Shown: positions 1-10,620 of the stretch, piece by piece
How positions within the stretch are numbered: position 1 is the first letter of the stretch
How the letters are laid out: every line of letters begins with the position of its first letter
Assembly: GCA_043228905.1 (NCBI GenBank)
Contig: JBHGNT010000008.1
Coordinates: forward strand, 22,072,001 to 22,136,000
DNA length: 64,000 nucleotides
DNA from: Azolla caroliniana
Taxonomy: Eukaryota; Plantae; Polypodiophyta
Direction of reading: 5' to 3'
Position numbers and translations under genes: made by a program
The notes under the pieces: generated by a model
Databases searched by the model: none
Seen by the model: only the letters and a program-made list of their open reading frames with translations
Told to the model about the DNA's origin: nothing

Positions 1-1066
1 AATTTTGTTTATTGTAGTCCTCATACTATCAATGTCTCCAAAGTTGGCTTGGAACTCATTAATAAACCCTTCAAAATCTTCTAATAATGGTGAGTGCTTC
101 TCTAGGAGTGGTGCAAACCACGCTAATGCAGTACTCGTTAACAAGGTACCAACTAGACACACACGAGCAACATCAATTGGGTAACAGCTAGGATGCAATT
201 TAATCACAAGTCGTACCTGATTTAAAAATCCACGAAATTGAGACCTTGTACCATCAAACTTGGCCGACAGACTAATCTTGGGTTCCTTCGACGAGGTTTG
301 AACTTCCGCCGCTTCTTGTTGCAATAGAGTAGTCTCCAATTGATGCACCCGTTGAGATAATTCTTCATATTGTTGTACTTTCTTAGCACTTGTTGTAGGT
401 CTCCCAACAATCTTTGATTTTCATGCTCTAGTGCCACGAATTTGGTTGTTAGCATTTCGAGCTCGGAAAGAACACGCATATATTCTTGCTTGCTAACGAA
501 CTCCATAGTTGCGACAGAAAATTGCTAGATTTGCCTGAATAAGGTTAAGATAAGAAGAAGAAGTCGGAGAAGAAGAAAAGAGTTAGATTAGGTTCAAACT
601 GTCGTGACTTGAGAATAGGAGAGAGATAAATAAGATGACAATAGAAGGTAGAGGGAGAGAGAGAGAGAGAGAGAGAGAAAGAAAGAACACTAGAAATGGA
701 AAAAGAGTTTATATTATAGGAGAGCAAGGATTACAAAGAGTAGGCTAAGGGGCTACAAACTGGTGTTGAACCGAATAAGTTGTGATGAATGAATAGACAC
801 CTATTTATAGGTCCTTATAGAGTATTCTAGAATGTTCTAGAATATTTTAGATATTTATGATATTTAATATAATAATGGAATATCCTAGAATGTTCTGGAA
901 TACTCTAGAATGTTCTAGAATACTCTAAATATCTTATAATAACTAATAATACATTTATCATAACTATACATCATATATGTTAGTATAATGGTTAAAGGTC
1001 TAACATATAGACCAAGACGTCTTGGGCTTGAATCCTTGTAAGGCCAAAATGTATGTTGTCATGACA
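1..1066 (-). mobile_element. 5' end of a Ty3/gypsy (Tcn1-like chromovirus) LTR retrotransposon: 5' LTR, leader and frameshifted gag running off the window
   Basis: Minus strand reads gag: ORF 506-222 N-terminus (MEFVSKQEY...), then after a frameshift EPKISLSAKFDGTRSQFRGFLNQVRLVIKLHP...LVGTLLTSTALAWFAPLLEKHSPLLEDFEGFINEFQANFGDIDS. LTR 1066-600 is bounded by TGTCATGAC...GTCACGACA and has a TATAAATA box at 809-802. Confidence 0.8.
600..1066 (-). repeat. LTR (about 467 bp) of the gypsy element, with internal TTCTAGAA-type subrepeats at 820-930
   Basis: TG...CA ends with a 9-bp imperfect inverted repeat, TATA box, (CT)n in U5, directly upstream of the leader and gag. Confidence 0.7.
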
Positions 1067-1252
1067 TTGACCTCTTACACATACGACACCAAACGCATAT
1101 CATTTACATAGAAATCAAGCTATTGACCTCATACGCAAATGTAACATATGTATGTCATAATACACAATTGAGGTATTAACCTCGTACACATACGACCCTA
1201 ATCACATATTAAATATATGTCAAATGAGGTATTGACCTCGTGCACATATGTA
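1067..1252. repeat. Degenerate tandem repeat, about 4 copies of ~53 nt (core TATTGACCTCGTACACATA)
   Basis: Core recurs near 1067, 1121, 1174 and 1230. Confidence 0.6.
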
Positions 1253-1482
1253 AACGTTTTATATAACCAATTAATTACCACTACAACATCATTGAATTAA
1301 TGAAAAAAAAATTACATATGACCATATACATGATTAGAAGGGAGAAGAAAAAATAGAAAAAAAAAACAAGAAAGATTACCGAAGTTCCTTTGTTGGTCGT
1401 TGTCTGAATCAAGGCCGACCGCACATCGATCGATCACCATCAATCAAGAAGACAAAAGACAACAAAAAAAACATTAGAACAT

Positions 1483-1926
1483 GAGCTCTAAAACCAATTA
1501 TTAGAGATATGCCCTAATGTAAGCATATGATAAGGATAAAAGATAGATAGATAGAAAGGAGAGAGAGAAAGAAGGGTGTCGATCCACCCGACCACCCTCG
1601 AGCAAAGGGATCGAGACGGACTCAAGCCTCGATAAGCGTCCTATACCACCGTCGTGGCGTCGAGTCGTACCTGGTGCTGGCGCGCTCACTACAAGAGTTG
1701 ACCCACCACAAGAACAGAGTCTCGACGTAGTCAAAAGATGATGAAATGAGGGTAGCTAAGCCTCTTATTTATAGTGATACCCAAGGCCCCCAGACAAGTT
1801 CAAACTTGGCCCAATGGGTTGTCTCAATCCCGAGGATTAAAAGTAATCATCCCCTTCTTTATACTCTCCTATAGAATACTACGGTAAATTCTCACCACGA
1901 GATATTATATGGTCATGCCCGTAACA
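1483..1926 (-). mobile_element. Decayed LTR with tRNA-iMet-type PBS
   Basis: Minus strand TGGTTTTAGAGCTC (1496-1483) resembles the TGGTATCAGAGC PBS. The adjacent segment 1926-1499 starts TGTTA and has a TATA-like motif and a CT-rich U5. Confidence 0.5.
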
Positions 1927-2377
1927 ATTTCGGTTGCCAATTTCAACTCAACCAAGTCTTGCAGTTGATTATATATTTAGGATTTTAGTTGTAACTTTTA
2001 ATATTCTCAAATCTGGAGGTGTTCCTTCATCTATACACTATTTCTCCAAAGGTAAAATTTACATTAAAGTGGTGGCTTCATTGGTGTTCTTTGCTCATTG
2101 GAAGTTTCATGGTCCTATTTCAACAACTATAAGTGGTCATCTTGACATTCATGGGGTAAGTTTGAGCATTTGAGTTGCTTCTGAGTCAACATTTAGACAA
2201 AGGCAAAAGAAGCATGTAATGCACATGGAAATTTTTAGCTATCCTAGAAATAAACATGTCAAGATAACAATAAGCATCTTGCTTGTTGGAGCCTTCCATG
2301 ATGTGACGAAATGTTGAATCATTCATCATTAAGTCAAAACATTATGCAAGCAATCTACCTCTAACAATATAAGGGTT

Positions 2378-5221
2378 TTAATTTTGTTTGTCAACTACCT
2401 GTACCAGCCGCATTCTATTAAACATTAGTTGTGCCTCCATTCCCATGCCAGCTGCAGCATATATATTTGACAATGCTACATATGGCTCAGGATTCTGTGA
2501 ATCTAATCGAAACAGTTTCTTTGCAACACGTTCCCCTCGTTCCACATCAATTTGTTTTCGGCAAGCACCAAGCAAGGTTGTCCAAGATACAACTGTTGGA
2601 TCATGTGGCATGTCAGCTATAAGTGCTTCAGCCTCATCTAACTTTCCTGCCCTCGCCAACAAATCAATCAGACAATTAAAAAGATCTGTTCCCGCAGTCA
2701 TGCGAATCATAGAATCAAAGGCAATTTTCACCTCATCTACCAGCCCATCATGACTGCAGGCAGAAATTATGCTAATAAGAGTGGCTTTGTTTGGCATCAG
2801 CCCTTCATTAAACATCTCATTTAAGAGATGAAGAGCTCTCTTGCCATGTCCATATTGAGCATTTGCTTGAATGATGGCAGTCCATGAGTCTATGTTTCGT
2901 GTAGACAATGCATAGAACTCTCTTTCTGCAAGTTCAACATGGCCACAATTCGCGTACATGTTCAGAAGTGTTGTTTGCACCTTCTCATCGAATTGAAGTA
3001 TAGAAGATGCTATTGCAGCATGTATTTGATGACCCTTTGATAAAGTGTTTTGGCCAGAGCATGCCTCAAGGATGCTCACAAATGTCGAGCTGTTTGGTAA
3101 CAAGCCTTCCTGTTGCATTTGATCAAATCGTTGGAAGACCTTCTTTCCATTACCACTTTGGGTTAATCCAGGCATCAGAGCATTCCATGAAGCAACATTT
3201 CTATTATTTTCACCAAACAGAGTGCATGCATCCACAAGGCTATCACATTTACAATACATGGATATTAATGAAGTCTCTATGACCACATCTAACTCCTGTG
3301 GTATTGCTACAAGGCATGCATGTATTTTCTTTGCTTTTGGTAGCATGCCTTTGCCAAGGAATGCACACAGAATGCTTGTATATGTGACTTTGTCAGGAAT
3401 TTCTCCTTCCCCATGCATACGTTCGAACATGTCTAGGGCATTATTGATCTGATCAACCTGAGCATGAGCTGAGATAATGACACTCCAGGATACTATATCT
3501 TTTTCTGGCAACTCACAGAACAACCTTTGTGCACATGCTAGGTTGCCACATTTTCCATACATGTTCAGTAAAGCTGTTCCAAGCACTGCATTGGAGCTAT
3601 ATTCCATTCCTATAATACAACCGTGAATCCATGTGCCCTGAGAAATGGCTTTCAATGAGGAACACGCATCAAGAACACCAAGAAATGTGACTTCACTTGG
3701 CAAAACCGCTTCATTAAGCATTTGCTGAAATAGATGAAGTGCTTCTCCATGATGAGAATTCCCAGTGCACCCTGAGATCATAGCGTTCCACGAAATCACA
3801 TTCCGTTCATGCATATTTCCAAAAGTCTTGTATGCATCAACCAACCTACCACATTTGCTATACATTTCGATGATGCCAATATTCAGGCTAGGATCAAATT
3901 CTAGGTTATTCTCAATGATACAAGTATGAAGCCAACTCCCTATATTTACTTCAACTTGGCTACCACATGCATCTAGGAGAGGAAGGTAGATAAATTTGTT
4001 GAGTGACATGTCATTGTCAAGCATAGCTACTGTTAAGCGAAGGGCCCTATCCAGGTTCATATCCTTAGCAAACAAAGATATAATGGTGTTCCATGAAGAG
4101 ACAGTCCGGTTAGAGAGTGAATTGAATATCCTGAAGGCATGTTCTAGGTTGCCACATTTGGCATGCATGTTCATGAGAGAGATTCCCACTTCCACATTGG
4201 AACCTGCTTTGGTCCCTCTGATATTCATTTCTATCCATGGTTCATCAAGCATCAATCCTTGCTTTGTACATGCATCAAGAAGACTAACAAAAGTAATGGC
4301 ATCAGGCACGATAGGCCCAAGCTTCATGTCTTCAATCAATCGAATAGCTTGCTTCATGTGCCCATGCTGAGCATATACTGTTATCATTGCATTCCACACA
4401 ATAACATCTCGCTTTGTGATCTCAGAAAACATCTCTTGTGCATTGTCTACACTTCCACACTTCCCATACATGCTTATAACAGCTGTTCCTACTGAGGATT
4501 CATAAATAAATTCGCTGAATACACACAGAGCGTGCAGTCTTTTCCCAACATACAAATCCACTTTTTCAGTGGTACAAGCTAACAGCATGTTGAGAAAGGT
4601 AACCTTCTCTGGAAGCAATGCTTGCTGATATATCTGATTGAAAAGCTGAAATGCATCTTTGGTTTTTCCAAACAGATCAAAAGTCGCAATCATTGCATTA
4701 AAAGAAACCACGTCTTGCTCTAAAAGCTTATCAAACAAAATCTCTGCATCGGGCAAGCTACCACATTTCGAATACATGTTTACAAATGCAGTTCCGACCA
4801 CTGTATCCCTCTCTAGCTCGGTTCCTTGAATGCAAGCATGCAATCTTCTTCCTTCTTCCAACTCTTGCTGCTTTTCGAATGCAGAAAGAACTCCAACTAG
4901 AATGAATCTGTCAGGAAACATGCCCTCCATGGCCATCTGATTGAAAATCCGAATAGAGACCTCAATTTTCCCATTCTCCGCGAACGATCGGATGGCGAAG
5001 TTCCAGGAGAAGTGGTCTTTGAGGTGGAAAGGGAACGAATCAAAGACGGAAGATAGTTCACGCAAAGCTCCGAGGGCTCCATAGGCCCGTAGGAGTAAGT
5101 TGCAGAGGAATGCGTTCTGTTCGAGTCCACGATGGAGGAGGTCGCCATGGATGGACAGAGCGCAGGGTAGGTTCTCTGCAGAGCGCAGAAGCGAAGCGAA
5201 ATGGGCATGGCTCCGAAGCAT
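2378..5221 (-). CDS. PLS-class pentatricopeptide repeat protein, E-subgroup, no DYW (947 aa, intronless); putative organellar RNA-editing specificity factor
   Basis: Repeated P/L/S motifs (MYSKCGSL..A..F, DVVSWNAMI, P..VTF..LL.AC). C-terminal E1/E2 region (LARAGKLDEAEALIADMPHDPTVVSWTTLLGACR...YVALSNIYAAAG) followed by a stop, with no PG box or DYW. Confidence 0.95.
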   Translation of the reverse strand: MLRSHAHFASLLRSAENLPCALSIHGDLLHRGLEQNAFLCNLLLRAYGALGALRELSSVFDSFPFHLKDHFSWNFAIRSFAENGKIEVSIRIFNQMAMEGMFPDRFILVGVLSAFEKQQELEEGRRLHACIQGTELERDTVVGTAFVNMYSKCGSLPDAEILFDKLLEQDVVSFNAMIATFDLFGKTKDAFQLFNQIYQQALLPEKVTFLNMLLACTTEKVDLYVGKRLHALCVFSEFIYESSVGTAVISMYGKCGSVDNAQEMFSEITKRDVIVWNAMITVYAQHGHMKQAIRLIEDMKLGPIVPDAITFVSLLDACTKQGLMLDEPWIEMNIRGTKAGSNVEVGISLMNMHAKCGNLEHAFRIFNSLSNRTVSSWNTIISLFAKDMNLDRALRLTVAMLDNDMSLNKFIYLPLLDACGSQVEVNIGSWLHTCIIENNLEFDPSLNIGIIEMYSKCGRLVDAYKTFGNMHERNVISWNAMISGCTGNSHHGEALHLFQQMLNEAVLPSEVTFLGVLDACSSLKAISQGTWIHGCIIGMEYSSNAVLGTALLNMYGKCGNLACAQRLFCELPEKDIVSWSVIISAHAQVDQINNALDMFERMHGEGEIPDKVTYTSILCAFLGKGMLPKAKKIHACLVAIPQELDVVIETSLISMYCKCDSLVDACTLFGENNRNVASWNALMPGLTQSGNGKKVFQRFDQMQQEGLLPNSSTFVSILEACSGQNTLSKGHQIHAAIASSILQFDEKVQTTLLNMYANCGHVELAEREFYALSTRNIDSWTAIIQANAQYGHGKRALHLLNEMFNEGLMPNKATLISIISACSHDGLVDEVKIAFDSMIRMTAGTDLFNCLIDLLARAGKLDEAEALIADMPHDPTVVSWTTLLGACRKQIDVERGERVAKKLFRLDSQNPEPYVALSNIYAAAGMGMEAQLMFNRMRLVQVVDKQN

Positions 5222-5261
5222 GTGTCTGTATGTATGTATGTGTGTTGAAAACTGATATGTG

Positions 5262-5597
5262 TGGCTTAACGGTTAAAACGGTTCGTTTCGGTTTTAATCG
5301 GTTTGATGGTTTAGAGTTGCCAATTTGTTTATTTTTTAATTATTTTTTTTAAACAACCTTTTCATTTTAAGCCTAATTCTCACACCTTAGGAATAAATCT
5401 TTAAAGTTTTGAAATTTTGAAATTTGAAGATTTGGATTTTTTGTAACGGTTTGGTCAAAACAATTGCAACTTAAATAGTTTCGTGGTTTGGTTCGGTTCT
5501 GTTCAAGTTTCAAATTTTTTAAATAGTTTGGTTTTAAACCGGTTTGATTTTGACACTCTCGAACCGAACCTTTGTCGATTGTCGATGGCAACCCAAA
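5262..5597. mobile_element. MITE-like relic with AACCG/CGGTT subterminal motifs (hAT-like) in the PPR promoter
   Basis: Dense clusters of CGGTT/GGTTT/AACCG at both ends around an AT-rich core. Imperfect inverted ends TAGAGTTGCCA (about 5312) and TGGCAACCCAA (about 5586). No clear TSD. Confidence 0.45.
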
Positions 5598-5639
5598 TAG
5601 ATGCATGCCATTCATTACCCTACCGACACATCTCGAGTC

Positions 5640-8600
5640 AAGTCAATATGCTCATTATTGAGTGGTTCGACATTAGCTTTGTTTGCACAACTATTAGAAG
5701 TGGAGGCCTCCATGGTTAATATGATTTTGAAGAATTTGTTGAGGAACTCAAATCATGTTTTTGAGACACGGATAGTATAATGACCATCATCAGCAAAAAC
5801 TTGATGGCTTCAACGAGTGGATCAACCAATATTGATGTATACAGTTGAATTTTGCCTTCTTGCTTGTGATATTTGTTCCCTAGGATGAACAAACTTCAAT
5901 GGTATGATTTCACTATGGGCTTCATAACTATGTTAAGAATCTTCGTCAAACTTTTATCAAGGAGTTGATCTCTCCCTAAGGCAATCAATGGAGTGGGATG
6001 GAGTGACACTCGACTTTTTGAGCAACTTTCAAAACAACTAAGGGCAAGACCAACTACACGTCAAGTTGTTGCAAAATGGCCACATAGATAACCATTTAAA
6101 ACCCCGATGGATCCTCCCACACCAATGGATATTGAAGGAACACTTCGAAAAGGGCCTTTATTGGATGATGAAAAACAACTTGGTCATGTAATTGTATATG
6201 ATTGTAATGTGGTGGTCTAGGGGCACATAGTTGTGGATTGTCCCCAAGACTAAAGCATCAAGTAAATTGAATCGTCACCATTGATAAACCCGATTCTAGC
6301 TCATTAGAGATAACTAACATTCCTATTAGCCTAAGCATATCAAATAGATTTTAACTCCTAGGTCAATTAAATGAGGAAGTGAATGAACAATTCCAACTAG
6401 AATCAGAGCCATTTTGTTGGACAACCCAATACCGTCAAAGACTATTCCTAGCATTAGTTCTATTTCATCCAAGCAAGCTAACAAAGTTTTCTTGATTCAA
6501 GTAGATATTAGCACATATGTTTGTCATCAAGTTTACGTTCTAACTCTGTTAGGAAATTCTTGTTTCATGGATAGAGATTTTGTATTGTTGTATCAAATAT
6601 CTTTATATAAACTATCCTTTCCAACTTTTATAGTAACCATTGACGGTTGCCCCACAACTTCTACAAATATAGTTGAAGAGTATGAGTCTTATATGAGTAC
6701 TCTTAGGTGACTTACCATGTATATTATCTTTCAATATGACTTGCAACCACGAGCATTTGATTCTCCTTGGTTTGTTCAAGCTTCGTAATACATATATTAA
6801 TTGGAAAGCTTGAGAAATTAAGAGAAGAAAACTAGGCAATCAAGAATTTCAACGTGATGATGTCACGACACAGTGAGTGTGTCCATGACCGTTGATTTTA
6901 TTAGGTGAGAGGATCAACCTCACAAAATTTGAGTTGTCTAATTACAAGAGCTACGCAAATGCATGGTTAAGGTCGGTAAAAGTTTTTTTTCCCGAAAAAA
7001 AAAACTCCTTTCATTAGTTATAAAAGTTTACAGATGAGGGTATTATATACAAATCCCCGTAGGGACACAATAGTTCCATCTTATGTGGATGCCCATTGAC
7101 TCAAGAAAGGGAGAGGACGACCATTGGTGGATGAAGGCTGGTCGTTGTCTTTCAACTCCATCGGAATATTTTTTGTTTGGTCTCTTGAGGCAAAAAAACT
7201 TTTACTGACCTTAAACATGCATTTGCATCTACACATAGTCTATCCCATGCTAATTTACGTAAACCATTTCTACTTGAATTAATCCATCTTTTCACTATTG
7301 GGAGTGTCTATCATAGCTAAGAGTTGTTGGGCAATTACATACAATATCTTTTAATGCACAAATATTCAATGCTCCTAGATCAACTATGAAGTTCATGATA
7401 AAGAACTTTTGGCCATTGTTGATTCTAATATCCATTTTTTAGAAGGATCACCTCATCAAGTCATGGTGTATAGCGATAACAAGAACCTTACTTACTTCTA
7501 GAATGTGTGAGTTCTAAATAGGAGACAAGCTCATCGAGCACAATATCTCACTCGTTTTGATTTCAAGATTACATATAGGCACGAGACACAACAAGGAAAA
7601 CCATGTGGTTTACCATGACACCTGTAATTCGCACCTTTACTTGATGAGCTTGCCTTTGAAAATTAGAAGAAACTTATTTTGGGGCCGGCATGAGTCCGAG
7701 TGACCACAGTTTTTAAGATACAAATAGACTCAAGCATGTTTGAGATTGTCCACCATGATATTCAATTGGTTCTTTTCACTCAAGAAATTTTGGATCATAT
7801 TGATTCGAGCCATGCTTGCTTAAAAAAACAACAACACACACACACACACACGTGGATTACAAGGAATTCAAGTGTCATAATGGACTATTACAAAGGTTTT
7901 CTCTATATCATGGGAGGGCCTTCTTGTCTCAAAATATTAGAATATTATCATTCGGCTTACATGGTTGGACATTTTCGAATTCACAAGTTAATAGAATTGG
8001 TTACTTCGTCAAAGATTACAACCATTTTGGGATTCACATATGTGACATGTTGTTCTTATGACTATTATTGATTCGAGAGGGACCAAGGGAATCTATTACC
8101 TTAGATTTTATCAAGGGCTTTGATGTTGTTTAACTATGGTGGACCAATTTATGAAGATGGCACACTTCTTACCAAGTAATAAGGGCATTAGAAGCAAAGA
8201 AACACTTGATCTTGTTCCATATGGCATTATTATTGAGCATGGCCCATAATTTATCACTAAGATTTAGAAGCATTTGCTTTAATTACTAGAAATCGATTGC
8301 AAACTCTCTTTACGCTATCATCCATAGGTCAATGGTTAGACAAAGCTCACAAATCAAGAATTGGAGCAATATCTTCAATGTTCTATTAGTTGTTCAACAA
8401 GATGATTGAGCTAAAGATCTACATTTCGCTAAGTTTGCATACAATAATTTTGAACATTCCTCCATTAAGGTCATGCCATTCCTTGCACATATTGTTCATC
8501 ATCCTCGATGAACATGAATGGGGATCCTCGAAGTTCCCGTTAATCCTAGTGAAGACCGTCTGTCTAACTACAACAAGTTCAAAAGAAACTATCAACTCAT

Positions 8601-8960
8601 TTACAAAATTCCCAAGGAACACAAAATATTGTTATTGGTTGGCATCACCTTCAACAAACATTTCAAGTTGGTGATAGAGTATAACTATTACAATGTAACA
8701 CGAAGACCACAAGGCCTTGTGATCAATTGGATTATCAACAATTGGACCTCTTTGTGATTTTTTCACAAATTAATGAGGTGACATTATGTCTTGATCTATC
8801 TCCACATATAAGCCTTGTGCAGTGCTTCATAATTCTCTTTTGGAACCTTGTGCTAATATTCCAAAACGTCTGTTGTCACTCCCACCTTGAATCTTGTTCA
8901 CGACATGACTATGGAATTGCAACTATGCTTAAATTTAATGAAAAGCCTCAACTCAATAGG
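5640..8960 (+). mobile_element. Highly degenerate Ty3/gypsy (Tcn1-like) internal region: gag, protease, RNase H and integrase fragments
   Basis: Fragments read LLSGSTLALFAQLLE / DFEEFVEELKSC / DTDS (gag), DPPTPMDIEG, a zinc-knuckle remnant near 6205-6245, CFMDRDF (protease), [10 protein letters not shown] / [15 protein letters not shown] (RNase H) and LDFIKG..VLTMVDQFMKMAHFLP / ELEQYLQC (integrase). Many stops and frameshifts. Confidence 0.8.
6955..7226. mobile_element. TIR-bounded MITE-like element containing a LINE 3'-end fragment
   Basis: 35-bp inverted repeats at 6955-6989 and 7192-7226 (2 mismatches). The interior, about 7007-7165, is the reverse complement of the LINE 3' end at about 61475-61625. 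Confidence 0.7.
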
Positions 8961-8984
8961 TAAGAGCTTGTGGTTTGAGTGGGA

Positions 8985-9460
8985 GGTCAAGAATTCAAGT
9001 CTCTCTTGGATCGTTAGAGATTAAGTGGATGAATGATGGACATTAAGGAAAAAGTAGAGTGTAAATGGGGGAATAAAAGCATGGTGCATGCTAGAATAAA
9101 TAAAAACACCCACTAATTTTATTTGTGAGAAAGCCTCTTGAATCCTATAAAAAGGTGGAGAGGGCTCATTACTTGGGCGGGAAGGGAGAGACAAGGCAGA
9201 AACGCTCCCAAAATCCAGAGAGAGCTCAACGTGCAAGATCAACAATGACAATAGTGACATGACCATTGTTCATCGAGACGTACCGAAACTCGAAGATACA
9301 TACCCTTGGAGTTCCACTCAAGATTTTATTTTTTTTTGTATTTTTCTATGTACATATCCTTCTTTTGCCTTCAAGATTTCCACTCCATGTAACAGAGTCA
9401 AGATTTTCTTGTTATATTTACACCCCATGAACTTATTGTTGTTAAAAAAAAATTAACATA
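8985..9460 (+). mobile_element. Possible degenerate LTR following the gypsy relic
   Basis: Purine tract GAGTGGGAGG just upstream, TATA-like CTATAAAAAGG near 9145. Ends not defined. Confidence 0.3.
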
Positions 9461-10239
9461 ATTTATTTGACAATTATCTTGTGTGAATCCTTGTTTAAAA
9501 TAATCATGGTCCATCAAGGAGCACATTGGAATTTTCGGCATAGAATTCCAACTCCAGATACAAAGTTATGGGATTTTGACTTAGCTTGAGGACACAAAGT
9601 GGTTTCATTGGTTGTGGATTTTTCGGCTTATAATGTGAAAATGTGGCCAAGTCATCATGGTTAAAATAACTACATTTAGTTTTACCTTTGGTGGGAATGA
9701 ATGGTGACATGGTTACATTTTTTAGTAGGTGGCTTCTAACATTATGCAATTCACACAAGCTTGCAAATGTTGAGTTGGTGTGGTGTTGCATGCAACAAAT
9801 TCTGGTGTTATGTAGGAGCCCTATCACAACTTGTTTCATGTTGATCAAAGTTGCAAGATATTTGAATTTTCTAGGTGCCCATTGGTGTACAAGACTTATA
9901 TCCAAGGGTGTGTGTAGGTGACCTTTTGGTCAATGGTTGTGCATTCTTTTTTGCAAACAATTTAGGCTATTTTTGAGATCGTGAATTGTGTATTGTTGTA
10001 AAACCACTCTTGACTTTTTGTGATGACCTTTGGAACATGCCACATGGCCTATGTTAAATATCAACATGCATTGATCGTTGTCAAAACCAGGAGAAAGGTG
10101 TTAAAGTTTGAGTGAGACCATGAGGGCTTGAACTATGAAAGATGGGTTTTGATGTCATTTCCTTTTGTTTGACACTGAAGTTTTGTGTGCAAGATATGCA
10201 AAGTTGTGGATTACAATTCACTTGATGATTGTGTTTTGA

Positions 10240-10620
10240 GTATGAGTGAGTAAGTGTGTGTGATGTATGAAAAGGTTAGCACGTATATGTGAATTCATTT
10301 ATGTATGTATGTATGTATGTTTGTATGAAAATGCATGTATGTTTGTATGAAAATGCATGTGCATAATTATGTTGGTATAATTATCAGTGAATGTGCAAGT
10401 GTTTGTAAATGTGTGCACGAATGTGTACGTGTAAAAGTGCATGCATAGACATTTTTGTAAACGTGTATGTGTACCTCTATGTATGTATGTGTGCATATGC
10501 AGAAAATATGTATACATTTTGATGTGTATATGTATTTGTTGCATAAAAATGCATGTGCCAACATATGTTTAGGTGTGTGTATGGAACTTATCAGTATTGG
10601 ATTTATGTGCAGGTAGGTGT
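10240..10620. repeat. Degenerate (TATG)n/(TG)n microsatellite region
   Basis: Visible TATG/TGTG periodicity. Confidence 0.75.

Noticed and set aside
974-1047. Functional tRNA gene
   Set aside because: The acceptor stem does not pair and the T stem is weak; kept only as tRNA-derived sequence.
2180-2377. Split DYW domain downstream of the first PPR
   Set aside because: No PG box, HxE or CxxC motif found by eye in any minus-strand frame.
2388-4495. Plus-strand ORFs overlapping the first PPR, and similar antisense ORFs over the second PPR, DUF863 and copia
   Set aside because: Shadow frames of real coding sequence with no recognisable motifs.
9500-10200. Possible transposase relic (also 24700-27500, 51960-53000 and 55000-56500)
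   Set aside because: Looks like decayed coding DNA but no motif could be assigned confidently without a profile search.
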